Notes: generated by a model from the sequence alone, not told the origin. 64,000 nt of DNA from Candidatus Omnitrophota bacterium (GCA_029560465.1 JAKQKX010000063.1:67796-131795), one strand, 5' to 3'; positions 9,741 through 19,140 are shown, numbered from the stretch's first letter. Translations and numbers: made by a program.

Positions 9741-10601
9741 ATGCACAAAAAGATTTTGTTATGCATGATGGCGGCCATCTTAGGCGTGTCCTTAGCCATT
9801 CCGGTGCCAGCGGCTGCTTATAATTTTGGAGATTACCGTTCCGTGACACTGATCACGAGTGCTTGGCAGGCCTTAGGGGAGAATGATTTGGAAGCCGTAT
9901 TGGCTTATACGAATAAATGTGTTGAATTATATTCTGAGCAGGCCAAAAAAATGCAGGCCAGCCTGACGGCTTATCCAACCGGCACTAATGATGAAATTTT
10001 CTCTTACTGGGCGTTAAACGATATCGCGACCGGTTTGTTTATTCAGGGTGAAGCGTACCGCAAGGCCAAAATGACAGACGAAGCGGTGAAAGCGTATCAG
10101 ACCGTTGTGGATGAGTATACCTATGGCCAGTGCTGGGATCCGAAGGGATGGTTCTGGAAACCGGCGGAAGCCGCGAAAGAGAAAATTGCTATGATCGAAT
10201 CCGGATCAAATCTGGATTTTGGCGACTATACCTCCATGACTTTAACGGTTAAAGCTTGGGAAGCCCTTGGCAACAAAGATCTGGACAGTGTCGTGGCCTA
10301 TACGAATAAGTGCCTGGAGCTTTATGAAGCGAAAGCTAAAGAGATGCAGGAATCCATGACCGAATATGCTTGGGAATCCAAAGACAAGATTTTCTCTTAC
10401 TGGGCGCTCAATGACGTTGGAACCTGCTATTTTATCAGAGGCGAAGCTTATTTGAACGCCGGGAAGAAAGAAGAAGCGAAGAAAAACTTCAAGAAACTGG
10501 TAGACGAATATTATTTCTCGCAGTGCTGGGATCCGAAGGGCTGGTTCTGGAAGCCGGCAGAAGGCGCCCAGCAGAAACTAGAGGCTCTGGAGGAAGAATA
10601 A
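9741..10601 (+). CDS. Secreted protein made of two tandem ~130-aa TPR-like WALND/CWDPKGWFW repeats
   Basis: RBS GGAGG, signal peptide, and repeats starting at 9819 (YNFGDY) and 10212 (LDFGDY), 131 codons apart. Confidence 0.85.
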   Translation: MHKKILLCMMAAILGVSLAIPVPAAAYNFGDYRSVTLITSAWQALGENDLEAVLAYTNKCVELYSEQAKKMQASLTAYPTGTNDEIFSYWALNDIATGLFIQGEAYRKAKMTDEAVKAYQTVVDEYTYGQCWDPKGWFWKPAEAAKEKIAMIESGSNLDFGDYTSMTLTVKAWEALGNKDLDSVVAYTNKCLELYEAKAKEMQESMTEYAWESKDKIFSYWALNDVGTCYFIRGEAYLNAGKKEEAKKNFKKLVDEYYFSQCWDPKGWFWKPAEGAQQKLEALEEE

Positions 10602-10639
10602 TCCCGTCCGCGGGCCTTTGGTGTTGATCCGTATTTCTT

Positions 10640-10690
10640 AAACAGGATCCTCAAGGGTGTTTCCTCAACTTGAGGATCCTGTTTTTCTTT
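10640..10690 (+). terminator. Intrinsic terminator
   Basis: Perfect 16-bp stem AAACAGGATCCTCAAG...CTTGAGGATCCTGTTT followed by a T-rich tract. Confidence 0.8.
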
Positions 10691-10756
10691 ATCATCCTGC
10701 AGTCAATTTAATATTAGGTTATGGGTGTTGATTTACATGAAAGGGCGAGATGTCTT

Positions 10757-11398
10757 ATGAACAAAATTGTCTTTTTCTGGGGGCTGTGTTTCCTGGTAAT
10801 ATGCGGCTGCAACCGGAGCAGTTCCAGCCTGACATCACAGGGAAATTCGAACCGGAATGTTGAACAGGAAGAAACCAATTTCCAGCCGTTCCTTGTTTAT
10901 AAAGACAAAGGGTCCAGGGGAAATCATTTTGTCCCTTCCGGTTTTATGCCGAACGGGAAATGTATTAATTTTAACGACGCCTGGCAGGAAAATTGTTATG
11001 ACGGCAAAACCTGTATTCGTGTGGAGTATGACGTGGCTTGCTCGAAAGATGATCAGAAATGGGCCGGCATTTATTGGCTGAACCCGGCGAATAACTGGGG
11101 CAGCCGTAAGGGCGGGTTTAACCTCGCGGGCGCCAGGGAGTTGAGCTTTTGGGCCAAGGGCGAAAAAGGCGGCGAACGTATTGAGGAATTCAAGATGGGC
11201 GGGATTACCGGGGATTTTCCGGATTCCGACATGGCGATCATCGGGCCGGTGATCCTGACGAACGAGTGGCGCAAATACACGATCGATTTGAGGGGCCGCG
11301 ATTTGTCTTACGTGAGCGGCGGCTTTTCTTGGTCGACGAATGTCGACGTAAATCCCGACGCCTGCACGTTTTACCTGGATAATATCCAATATCAATAG
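10757..11398 (+). CDS. Lipoprotein with a galactose-binding-like/CBM11-like beta-sandwich domain
   Basis: Lipobox VICGC; WAGIYW..NNWG..GFNL...LSFWAKGEKGGE...LTNEWRKYTIDL...FYLDNIQY pattern typical of CBM-like jelly rolls. Confidence 0.65.
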   Translation: MNKIVFFWGLCFLVICGCNRSSSSLTSQGNSNRNVEQEETNFQPFLVYKDKGSRGNHFVPSGFMPNGKCINFNDAWQENCYDGKTCIRVEYDVACSKDDQKWAGIYWLNPANNWGSRKGGFNLAGARELSFWAKGEKGGERIEEFKMGGITGDFPDSDMAIIGPVILTNEWRKYTIDLRGRDLSYVSGGFSWSTNVDVNPDACTFYLDNIQYQ

Positions 11399-11421
11399 TA
11401 GTCGCTATTCACGGTCTTTAT

Positions 11422-11457
11422 GAAGGGGGGGCGGGTTACCGTTCCCCCGTTTTTTTG
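11422..11457 (+). terminator. Intrinsic terminator
   Basis: G-rich/C-rich hairpin (GGGGGGGCGG...CCGTTCCCCC) followed by T7. Confidence 0.65.
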
Positions 11458-11659
11458 TCCCGGCAGCCCCGCATTGATATCACGAACCCGCCGCTGTCGT
11501 CGCTCGACTTGCCCGCCCGGCGAGCCCCTCCTTAAAAATCGAAAGGGCTCTCCGAGAGTTGTTCTTCTTTGCATTTTGTTTCTTTTTTTCTTGTACTCCC
11601 TTATATCCTTTGTTATATTCATATCAAGCTTATAAATATTATTATCATAAGGAGATGAT

Positions 11660-12982
11660 ATGTCGAGAGCTGCAAAGTCTATTTTAGTGTTTTTGCTCTT
11701 ATTGCTTTTTGTCTCCGTCGGAGTACTGACGTATGTCGCTTTTCAGAAGCAAGAGTCCGATAAATCAAAATTATCCCTGGAAAAGCAGATGGATGATTTT
11801 CAGCAGAGGGAGAAAAAATATATCCTTGAGAATAAAGATTTGCAGGAGAAGTTGAAGGATGTTGAAAAGAAGAAAGCCGAACTTGAAGAACGCTTGAGTT
11901 CTTTTGGCGGTGATATGGAGTCCCTCAACAAGCAGATCGCGGATTTAACCAGTGAACGGGAAGTTTTGCAGGAAAAAATCGCGGAGCTGGAAAAGGAACG
12001 GAACACCTTATTGACCAGGGTTAAAGAAAAGCCGGAGCCGCAGATTGTTTATAAATACGTGGACCGGGAAACCGGCGCGCCGGTGGAGTCCCCGGGGGCG
12101 GCCTCTCCCGCGGCGGGGAAGAAGCCGGAAGAACCGGTGATCAGCAAAGAAATCCCGGCGGTGAGGGTTCCGGAGATATCTCCTGACAACGAAACATATT
12201 GGGCTCAGGTCATCCGGGAAAAAACTTCCCTTGAGCTGGAGGTGAACACTTTAAAAAAGAAATTGGATGCCAATATGCTCGAACTGGAAGCCTTAAAAAA
12301 ATCCAATTCCGACTTGGAATTAGAAATCGCCGAGTTAGCGAATACCAAAGATTCCATCGAGAGAGAGATCAAACATGGCAAAGATCTGGCGGATAATTTG
12401 TCTTTGGCTTTAGCACGGGCGGAGAATGATAAGGAATTCTTAAACGGCCGGTTTGCAAAACTCAACGATGAAAATTCATCCTTGAGGGTCCAGATTAAAG
12501 ATTTGACATCAACCAAGATCGCCCTGGAAAAAAGTATTGTCCGCTTGCAGGATGAGAAGAAGGACGTGGAGCGGAAATTGATGGAAACCGAGCATGTCAT
12601 TCAAAACCGCATTGATGAAATCTGGCAGATTAAGGACAGCCTAGAGAAGAATTTTCAGATGTCCGGAGCCTCGTCAAAGGCGGTCGAGTTGCCGCCAATT
12701 GTTGTTTCTGGCGCTGGAGAAACGTCGACAAGGGCCGCCCCGGAGGTTATTTTGACCGTCCCGGGGTTTAACGGCAACATCGTTTCTGTGAATGATGAAA
12801 ATAATTTTGTTATCGTTGATTTAGGGCAGAATGATGGCATCAAGCTTGGGGATAACATGAGCGTTTACCGGGGCGCGGAATATGTCGCGGCCCTGGAAGT
12901 GATCCAGGTGCGCAAAGATATAGCCGCCGCGGACATTAAAAACAAAGTCACCACAATCCGTGTCGGTGACGCCGTACGATAA
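11660..12982 (+). CDS. Membrane-anchored long coiled-coil protein with a C-terminal FlgT-C-like beta-barrel
   Basis: One N-terminal TM helix, two heptad-rich segments split by a Pro-rich linker, and C-terminal FVIVDLGQNDGIKLGD..VYR...LEVIQV. Confidence 0.65.
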   Translation: MSRAAKSILVFLLLLLFVSVGVLTYVAFQKQESDKSKLSLEKQMDDFQQREKKYILENKDLQEKLKDVEKKKAELEERLSSFGGDMESLNKQIADLTSEREVLQEKIAELEKERNTLLTRVKEKPEPQIVYKYVDRETGAPVESPGAASPAAGKKPEEPVISKEIPAVRVPEISPDNETYWAQVIREKTSLELEVNTLKKKLDANMLELEALKKSNSDLELEIAELANTKDSIEREIKHGKDLADNLSLALARAENDKEFLNGRFAKLNDENSSLRVQIKDLTSTKIALEKSIVRLQDEKKDVERKLMETEHVIQNRIDEIWQIKDSLEKNFQMSGASSKAVELPPIVVSGAGETSTRAAPEVILTVPGFNGNIVSVNDENNFVIVDLGQNDGIKLGDNMSVYRGAEYVAALEVIQVRKDIAAADIKNKVTTIRVGDAVR

Positions 12983-12993
12983 TTCAGGACAAC

Positions 12994-13998
12994 GTGACCA
13001 GGAAACGTAAAGTCAGCATAGAGGATGTCGCCCGCCGCGCCAAGGTTTCCATTACAACCGTTTCGCGTGTTATCAACAATGTTCCCACCGTCAGCCAGCA
13101 AAATCGTTCTAAAGTTGAAGAAGCGATCACCGCTTTGAAATATAAGCCGGATGTCAGCGCCCAGCGTTTGGCCAGCGGCACCAATAATGCCATCGGCTTG
13201 GTCATGCCCGGCTATCCGGGGATTTTTTATTCTTTTTACGCCATCGAAATTATCCGGGGGGTGGGGCATGCCTGTGAGACCCTGCGCCTGGATTTGGTGT
13301 TTCATATCACCAACGGGTTTAATCCGCTGAATACTAATAGCGTTGGAGGCGTCATTTTTGCCGATATCATTGAGAACCGGAAACAGGTTGAAGAAGCGTT
13401 ATCCGCCGATATACCTTGCATGGTCATTAATAATGTCGTGGATGACCTGGATGTGAATTATATCGGGATCGATAACGTCGCCGGAGGCCGTATTGCCGCC
13501 GATTATCTTGTCAGCCTGGGGCACCAGCGTGTCGCTATGATTACCGGAAAATTACAGACACAAGCCGGGTTTCAGCGCTTTGAAGGTTTTCAGCAGGGGC
13601 TTCAGAAGGAAAACATAGCTTTGAAGGATGAATATGTGGTTGAGGGGGATTATTCCCGCCGCAGCGCCCGGAATGCGACGGAGAAACTTCTCGCGCTTCC
13701 TCAGCCGCCGACCGCTATATTTGCGGCAAGCGATGATATGGCTTTGGAGGTCATTACCGTGATACAGGAAAGAGGGATGAAGGTCCCTGATGATATTTCG
13801 GTGATCGGGTTTGACGATAATCCCGCCAGCCTTTATGGCGCTATTGCTTTGACCACGATCCGGCAGTCTTTGTTCCAGATGGCCGAATACGCCGTGAAAT
13901 ACCTGCAGAACATAATGTCCGGGAAAAAGAAATCCGCTGTCCAGATGGTTTTAACTCCGCAGCTTGTTGTCCGCGATTCCTGCCGTGCCCTGAAGTAG
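12994..13998 (+). CDS. LacI-family transcriptional regulator
   Basis: SIEDVARRAKVSITTVSRVIN HTH plus periplasmic-binding-protein-like domain (VPDDISVIGFDD). Confidence 0.95.
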   Translation: MTRKRKVSIEDVARRAKVSITTVSRVINNVPTVSQQNRSKVEEAITALKYKPDVSAQRLASGTNNAIGLVMPGYPGIFYSFYAIEIIRGVGHACETLRLDLVFHITNGFNPLNTNSVGGVIFADIIENRKQVEEALSADIPCMVINNVVDDLDVNYIGIDNVAGGRIAADYLVSLGHQRVAMITGKLQTQAGFQRFEGFQQGLQKENIALKDEYVVEGDYSRRSARNATEKLLALPQPPTAIFAASDDMALEVITVIQERGMKVPDDISVIGFDDNPASLYGAIALTTIRQSLFQMAEYAVKYLQNIMSGKKKSAVQMVLTPQLVVRDSCRALK

Positions 13999-14178
13999 AC
14001 AGACCCTTCCTTCAAAAGCAGCCTTGTCTGGCCACAGATTTTCATTATCTTATTAAGATGGGGCCTTGAAAAATTTAACCTGGCCAGGGACGGCCTGGCA
14101 GCATGAAAACATTGACAAATCAATGATTTAGCGCTAGTTTAATAATTCAAGAACAGGGGACGGACGCGAGGAAATTGT

Positions 14179-14352
14179 ATGCACAAAACCATAACCATCT
14201 TTATGTACTTGTTGTGGGGATTGACTATTCTGGCGGTCTTTGCGGCGACTTTTAAAGATTTTCAGTATGAAGATCTGAACCTGATCGCACTGGTGTCGTT
14301 TGTTTTCGCGGTTCTTAATTCCATCCTGGCATTAACAATGAATAAAAAGTAA
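14179..14352 (+). CDS. Small two-TM hypothetical protein (57 aa)
   Basis: Manual translation MHKTITIFMYLLWGLTILAVFAATFKDFQYEDLNLIALVSFVFAVLNSILALTMNKK*, preceded by GAGG; ends 15 nt before mnmG. Confidence 0.55.
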   Translation: MHKTITIFMYLLWGLTILAVFAATFKDFQYEDLNLIALVSFVFAVLNSILALTMNKK

Positions 14353-14367
14353 TGGATAATAAACAGT

Positions 14368-16254
14368 ATGTTTGATAGAGAATATCAATGTGTCGTGATT
14401 GGGGGAGGACATGCGGGGGTCGAAGCGGCCTTGGCTGCGAGCCGTATGGGCTGCGAAACGCTCTTGGTGACGTTGTCTTTCCCAACGATCGGGCAGATGA
14501 GCTGTAATCCGGCGGTCGGGGGCGTGGGGAAGGGGCAGCTTGTCAAAGAAATCGACTGCCTTGGCGGGGAAATGGCTTTGGCCGCTGACCGCACGGGCAT
14601 CCAGTTCCGGCGGCTTAATGCTTCGAAAGGACAGGCGGTCCGTTCGAGCCGGTGTCAGAGTGACCGCAAACAATACAGGGAATATATGCAGGACGTTATC
14701 CGTCGGCAGGCGCGGCTCACGGTCTTGGAAGACGAAGCCTGCGCGTTGCTAGTCCGTCATTCTCAAATAACAGGTGTCAGGACGAGCCAGGGATTAACCC
14801 TGGGTGCCCGGGCGGTGGTGATCGCTGGCGGGACATTTTTAAACGGTCGGATCCATATCGGAAAGACAATCGTCCCGGGCGGACGCATTGATGAGCCGGC
14901 GTGCGTGCGGCTTGCCGCCAGTTTGTCGGAATTGGGTTTTGAAGTCCTGTCGTTTAAGACCGGAACCCCGCCAAGGCTCGACGGGAAGACCATAGACTTT
15001 TCCTCTTTGGAAGAGCAGCATTCGGATAACCCGCCTTTGCCGTTTTCATTCCGGACGCCGTCGATCCCTCCGGGGCAGGCCCTCCGACCGTGTTACATCA
15101 CCCGGACATGTGAGAAGACGCATGATATCATCCGGGCGAATATGCATTTATCTCCCATGTATTCGGGGCAGATTCATTCCACAGGGGTCCGGTATTGCCC
15201 TTCGATTGAAGATAAATTAAAGAAATTCAGTGACAAATTGTCTCACCACGTGTTTTTAGAGCCGGAGGGGCTGGAGACTGATGAATATTATCCCAATGGG
15301 ATTTCGACCGGCTTGCCTGCCGAGGTCCAGGAGGCCTTTGTGCGTTCTATCCCGGGGCTCGAACGGGTTAAAATTAACCGTTACGGGTACTCTATTGAAC
15401 ACGGCGTTATTCGTCCGACGGAACTTAAAGCTACGCTGGAAACGAAAAGGATCAGGGGGCTTTATTGCGCGGGACAGGTTAACGGCACCACCGGATACGA
15501 AGAAGCGGCGGCGCAGGGGATTGTGGCCGGGATCAATGCGGCTTGCGCCGTGCTGGGCAAGGAACCGCTTATTTTAGGCCGTGATGAATCGTATATCGGT
15601 GTTTTGATTGACGACCTGACCACCAAGGGGACCGAAGAACCTTACCGGATGTTCACCTCCCGGGTGGAATACCGGCTGATTATCCGGGAGGATAACGCGG
15701 ATAAACGTTTGATGAAATACGGGTATGAACTTGGCCTGCTCCCGGGCGCGGATTATGACGGGATGTTGCGCAAATATGAGCTTATCGATAAGGAGATTTT
15801 TCACCTACAGTCAACGGTTGTTAGTCCCGGCCCGGACATTGACCGGGTTTTAGAAAAGAATAACAGCAGCCCTTTGCGGCAGCCGACCCCCTTGAGCCTG
15901 ATTTTAAAACGGCCGGAGATGACTTACGCGATGATCGCCCCGTTTAACGGGAATTTAAAGGATCAAGCTCTCCCGGTCATTGAACAGGTCGAGTATGAGA
16001 TCAAATATGAAGGGTTTATCAAGCGGCAGCTCAAGGATGTGGAGAAGTTCCGGCATATTGAAAATATTAAGATCCCGGGAAACATTGATTACTCCCGTAT
16101 TCCCGGGCTTTCAATAGAGATTCAACAGAAGCTTCTTTCATTCCGTCCGTTAACGTTGGGGCAGGCTAACCGTATCTCCGGAGTTACTCCGGCGGCCATT
16201 TCCATCTTGATGATTTACCTGAAAAAATTAAGCCTGGAACGGGCCCGCGGTTAA
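14368..16254 (+). CDS. mnmG: tRNA uridine 5-carboxymethylaminomethyl modification enzyme MnmG/GidA
   Basis: VIGGGHAGVEAA, MSCNPAVGG, KTGTPPR, RYCPSIEDK, GQVNGTTGYEEAAAQG. Confidence 0.97.
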   Translation: MFDREYQCVVIGGGHAGVEAALAASRMGCETLLVTLSFPTIGQMSCNPAVGGVGKGQLVKEIDCLGGEMALAADRTGIQFRRLNASKGQAVRSSRCQSDRKQYREYMQDVIRRQARLTVLEDEACALLVRHSQITGVRTSQGLTLGARAVVIAGGTFLNGRIHIGKTIVPGGRIDEPACVRLAASLSELGFEVLSFKTGTPPRLDGKTIDFSSLEEQHSDNPPLPFSFRTPSIPPGQALRPCYITRTCEKTHDIIRANMHLSPMYSGQIHSTGVRYCPSIEDKLKKFSDKLSHHVFLEPEGLETDEYYPNGISTGLPAEVQEAFVRSIPGLERVKINRYGYSIEHGVIRPTELKATLETKRIRGLYCAGQVNGTTGYEEAAAQGIVAGINAACAVLGKEPLILGRDESYIGVLIDDLTTKGTEEPYRMFTSRVEYRLIIREDNADKRLMKYGYELGLLPGADYDGMLRKYELIDKEIFHLQSTVVSPGPDIDRVLEKNNSSPLRQPTPLSLILKRPEMTYAMIAPFNGNLKDQALPVIEQVEYEIKYEGFIKRQLKDVEKFRHIENIKIPGNIDYSRIPGLSIEIQQKLLSFRPLTLGQANRISGVTPAAISILMIYLKKLSLERARG

Positions 16255-16276
16255 GGACCCTGTTTTTGTTGTTATT

Positions 16277-16957
16277 ATGATGCCGCGCAAGAACACTCAA
16301 CAAATCCGCTTCTTGATATTCCTCCTGCTGGCAGCCTTTTTCCTGGCTTTGAGTCCGTTTATCCATTTTGATCAACAGGCCGTTCAGGATTACCTGAAAC
16401 GGTTTCCCGTATTCTGGTCGGCCTTGGTCTTTATTTTTTTGTACGTTGGTTTGACCTTTTTCGTCTGGGTAGGCCCTAAAGATGTCCTGCGGATCGCGGG
16501 GGCGTTCTTGTTCGGCCCGTACCTCAGTACGGTGATCGTTTGGTTCGGCGAGATGGGAAACGCGTGCGTGATGTTTTCTTTAAGCCACCATTTCGGCCGA
16601 GGATATGTCGCCGAACGGATGCCGGGGCAAATGGAGCGCCTGGATCACATGATGGCGGGAAAAAGTTCCTGGGGGATTTTTTTCGCGAAATTTTTTCCGG
16701 TGATCCCGTTCCGGTTTCTGGACCTTGCTTGTGGCCTCACCCGGATTTCGTTGAAGAAATATCTCCTGATTTCGGCAGTCGCGTCGCCTTTAAGGATTTT
16801 TGTGATCCAGTTTTTTGTCGCTTTGGGCGTGGACACAATCCTTAACCCCGCCAAATTGTCTGTGTACCTGGAACAACACCCAGCCATATTTCTCGCCGTC
16901 GCCTCTTATGTGATTGGCGCATTTGTCATGGTCGTTGTTTTTAAGAAAAAGCCGTGA
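16277..16957 (+). CDS. TVP38/TMEM64 (DedA/VTT) family membrane protein
   Basis: AGAFLFGPYL, FSLSHHFGR, FFPVIPF..L..ACGLT pattern. Confidence 0.8.
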   Translation: MMPRKNTQQIRFLIFLLLAAFFLALSPFIHFDQQAVQDYLKRFPVFWSALVFIFLYVGLTFFVWVGPKDVLRIAGAFLFGPYLSTVIVWFGEMGNACVMFSLSHHFGRGYVAERMPGQMERLDHMMAGKSSWGIFFAKFFPVIPFRFLDLACGLTRISLKKYLLISAVASPLRIFVIQFFVALGVDTILNPAKLSVYLEQHPAIFLAVASYVIGAFVMVVVFKKKP

Positions 16958-17591
16958 GGCTCCTTGCGCCGGTGCGTGGCGTCGTCCCGCAGGTTAAATC
17001 AAGGATGATTTCCGCCATCATGGCCGCGCAAGCCGTCACGCGGGGGGCCAGGGGAGGGTGACCTTGTGCGGTGTCGGTGGTCAAGTCTCCGACCAGGTAA
17101 ATGTTATTCATTTTTTTGACGGCAAGCGGCTGCTTTTCCAATAAGCCGGCCATGCCGACCCCGCTCACCACAACCGGCGCCCGGTTGTGGTAGAACGAAA
17201 CAAACGCGTGTTTAGATTCAACACGGTCAAAAGCCTCCACGATAAAATCGCAGCCGTTAAAGAATTGTTCCCCTTGGGCCGGGGCCCAGGATACCGTAAA
17301 AAGCCGCACGGCGCAGTCCGGGTTAATGGCCAGCAGGCGTTGGCGCAGCGTTTCGGTTTTCATCCGGCCGACTTCATCAAGATAGTAGTGTTGACGGTTG
17401 AGGTTGGAGTAATCAACCTTATCTGCATCCAGAATCTCAAAGTTTTTGAATCCGCAGCGGGTCAGGATGACCGCGACATTGGAGCCCAGCCCTCCGGCGC
17501 CCCCGATGCCGATCTTTTTCGACTGGATCCTTCGGAGCTGATCAGGCCGGAGATATTTGAGAAGGTTGTCTTCAAAAGGGTTCATGTCCAT
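16941..17591 (-). CDS. thiF: Sulfur carrier protein ThiS adenylyltransferase ThiF (short form)
   Basis: GIGGAGGLGS, DADKVDYSNLNRQ, VEAFD; lies downstream of thiSGH. Start taken at ATG 17591. Confidence 0.9.
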   Translation of the reverse strand: MDMNPFEDNLLKYLRPDQLRRIQSKKIGIGGAGGLGSNVAVILTRCGFKNFEILDADKVDYSNLNRQHYYLDEVGRMKTETLRQRLLAINPDCAVRLFTVSWAPAQGEQFFNGCDFIVEAFDRVESKHAFVSFYHNRAPVVVSGVGMAGLLEKQPLAVKKMNNIYLVGDLTTDTAQGHPPLAPRVTACAAMMAEIILDLTCGTTPRTGARSLTAFS

Positions 17592-17728
17592 TGACGGTAT
17601 GAATGAAATTTCCGCGGTTTTTCCCGCTAGGGGTGTGCCCCAATCATAACATAAACACAACGGCAACGGAAGTAATTCGTCAGGGCCTCGATGGCGCTGA
17701 ACGTCTCCCGGTTCGAAGGGAGAGGGGG

Positions 17729-17962
17729 TTAATAACGGCTGGAGGGGCGAGCTTCGATCAGCAGGATCTGGGTGATGCGTTTGGCGATTTTCACGAATGA
17801 GTAGCCGGTGATAACCACGTAGATGCTGATTTGAATGTGTCCCAGATCTTTGTTCAGGGCGTCAAAAAACGTTAAGGTGAGTCCGATAAAAACAGAAAAT
17901 ATCCCGGTCATGTGGCAAAACAGGCTAAGCCGCTCTAAGGCATATGTGTTTTCTGCTTTCAT
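17729..17962 (-). CDS. Small two-TM hypothetical protein
   Basis: 77-aa ORF with RBS (AAGGAG on minus strand) and two hydrophobic helices. Confidence 0.6.
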   Translation of the reverse strand: MKAENTYALERLSLFCHMTGIFSVFIGLTLTFFDALNKDLGHIQISIYVVITGYSFVKIAKRITQILLIEARPSSRY

Positions 17963-18114
17963 GTTGTTTCTCCTTGTTTTTCATTCCCGTTTACGGCGGG
18001 TTTGCTGGCGGAAGACATGACCTAACAGCCTATTAAATAAAGACTTTGGTGAAAGTATAACATATTTTTCCGTTGAAAAGAACAATATTCCTGGACCTGA
18101 CGGGATAATTGCTT

Positions 18115-19140
18115 TTAGATGTTGGGGATCGGCCGCCAGTCTGTAAAGACCGGATCAAAGTCACGCTGTTTTAGCATCTTTAAGATGTCGTCCACGCTGC
18201 GGTTATCCTGAATATCAAACTGGGGGTCCTGCGCGGAAGGATCCGCAAGGGTGTACCCGCCCACCGAGGTTTTTGACCCCGCTGACATCCGTGTCACGCC
18301 GCATTCAATGAGATGGTCACGCAGCCGGGGTGGTTCACGCGTGGACAGGTTTATGCCGACCCTGGGGAAAAATATCCGCGCCAGGCAAATGATTTTTGTG
18401 AATGCGATATCGTCGATTGTCTGGGGGGCGAGGCCCTGTCCTTTAATTTGCCTTAGGCGGGGGAAGGACAAGCTGTATTCAACAGCCGGGTAATTTTTTT
18501 CCAGGGAGCGCAGGTGCTGAAACAACGCGAGGAGATCCTCGGCCGTGTCCCCTAAGCCGAGCAGAATCCCCAGGGAGATCGACCGCATCCCGGCGCGGGC
18601 GGCCCGCTCCGGAGTCCCCAGGCGGTAATCATAATTTTTCTTTTTCCCGCCCAGATGGACCTCCTGGTAGCGTTTCCGGTTATAGGTTTCCTGATAAACC
18701 GTGATCCCGTCAACGCCCTGCCGGTAGAGCGCGCGGTATTCGTCGGTTTCCATGGGATGCACTTCCAGGCTGATCCCCGTGAAATGTCCCCTGGCAGCCT
18801 CGACCGCGTCCTGAAGATAGGAGATCGGAGTCATGGCGTAAGATTCTCCAGTCAGCAGCAGAATATTCTCAATCCCGGTTTGCGAAACCTGCCGCATTTC
18901 GTTTTGGATTTCCGTCAGGGAGAGCTTGATCCGTTTAATTTTTTGCCGGTTGTTAAACCCGCAGTAGGTGCAGAAGCTGCTGCAGTGGTTGGAAAGATAA
19001 ATCGGCGCGTAGAGCGACATGGTCCGGCCGAAGTACTGCCGGGTTAAAGCGGCCGCTTCCTGGGCCAACGCTTCTGTTGTGCCCGGGGATGTATCCTTAA
19101 GGACGGATTGAATGGACTCATAGGACAGTAAAGGTTTCAT
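18115..19140 (-). CDS. thiH: 2-iminoacetate synthase ThiH (radical SAM)
   Basis: YAPIYLSNHCSSFCTYCGF (CX3CX2C), VYQETY, SFPRLR, LSTRE, MSAGSKTSVGGY. Confidence 0.93.
   Translation of the reverse strand: MKPLLSYESIQSVLKDTSPGTTEALAQEAAALTRQYFGRTMSLYAPIYLSNHCSSFCTYCGFNNRQKIKRIKLSLTEIQNEMRQVSQTGIENILLLTGESYAMTPISYLQDAVEAARGHFTGISLEVHPMETDEYRALYRQGVDGITVYQETYNRKRYQEVHLGGKKKNYDYRLGTPERAARAGMRSISLGILLGLGDTAEDLLALFQHLRSLEKNYPAVEYSLSFPRLRQIKGQGLAPQTIDDIAFTKIICLARIFFPRVGINLSTREPPRLRDHLIECGVTRMSAGSKTSVGGYTLADPSAQDPQFDIQDNRSVDDILKMLKQRDFDPVFTDWRPIPNI

Noticed and set aside
9819-10590. DNA-level direct repeats (e.g. CAGTGCTGGGATCCGAAGGG twice) as a possible CRISPR or mobile repeat
   Set aside because: They are the coding duplication of a protein domain. 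There is no spacer array and no cas gene.
17610-17730. CTAGGGGTG...GCTGA near thiF resembling the start of a TPP riboswitch; also a GGTTCGAA loop resembling a tRNA T-arm
   Set aside because: It is on the wrong strand for thiF, lacks GCTGAGA and the CCTGA/AGGGA elements, and cannot form a cloverleaf.
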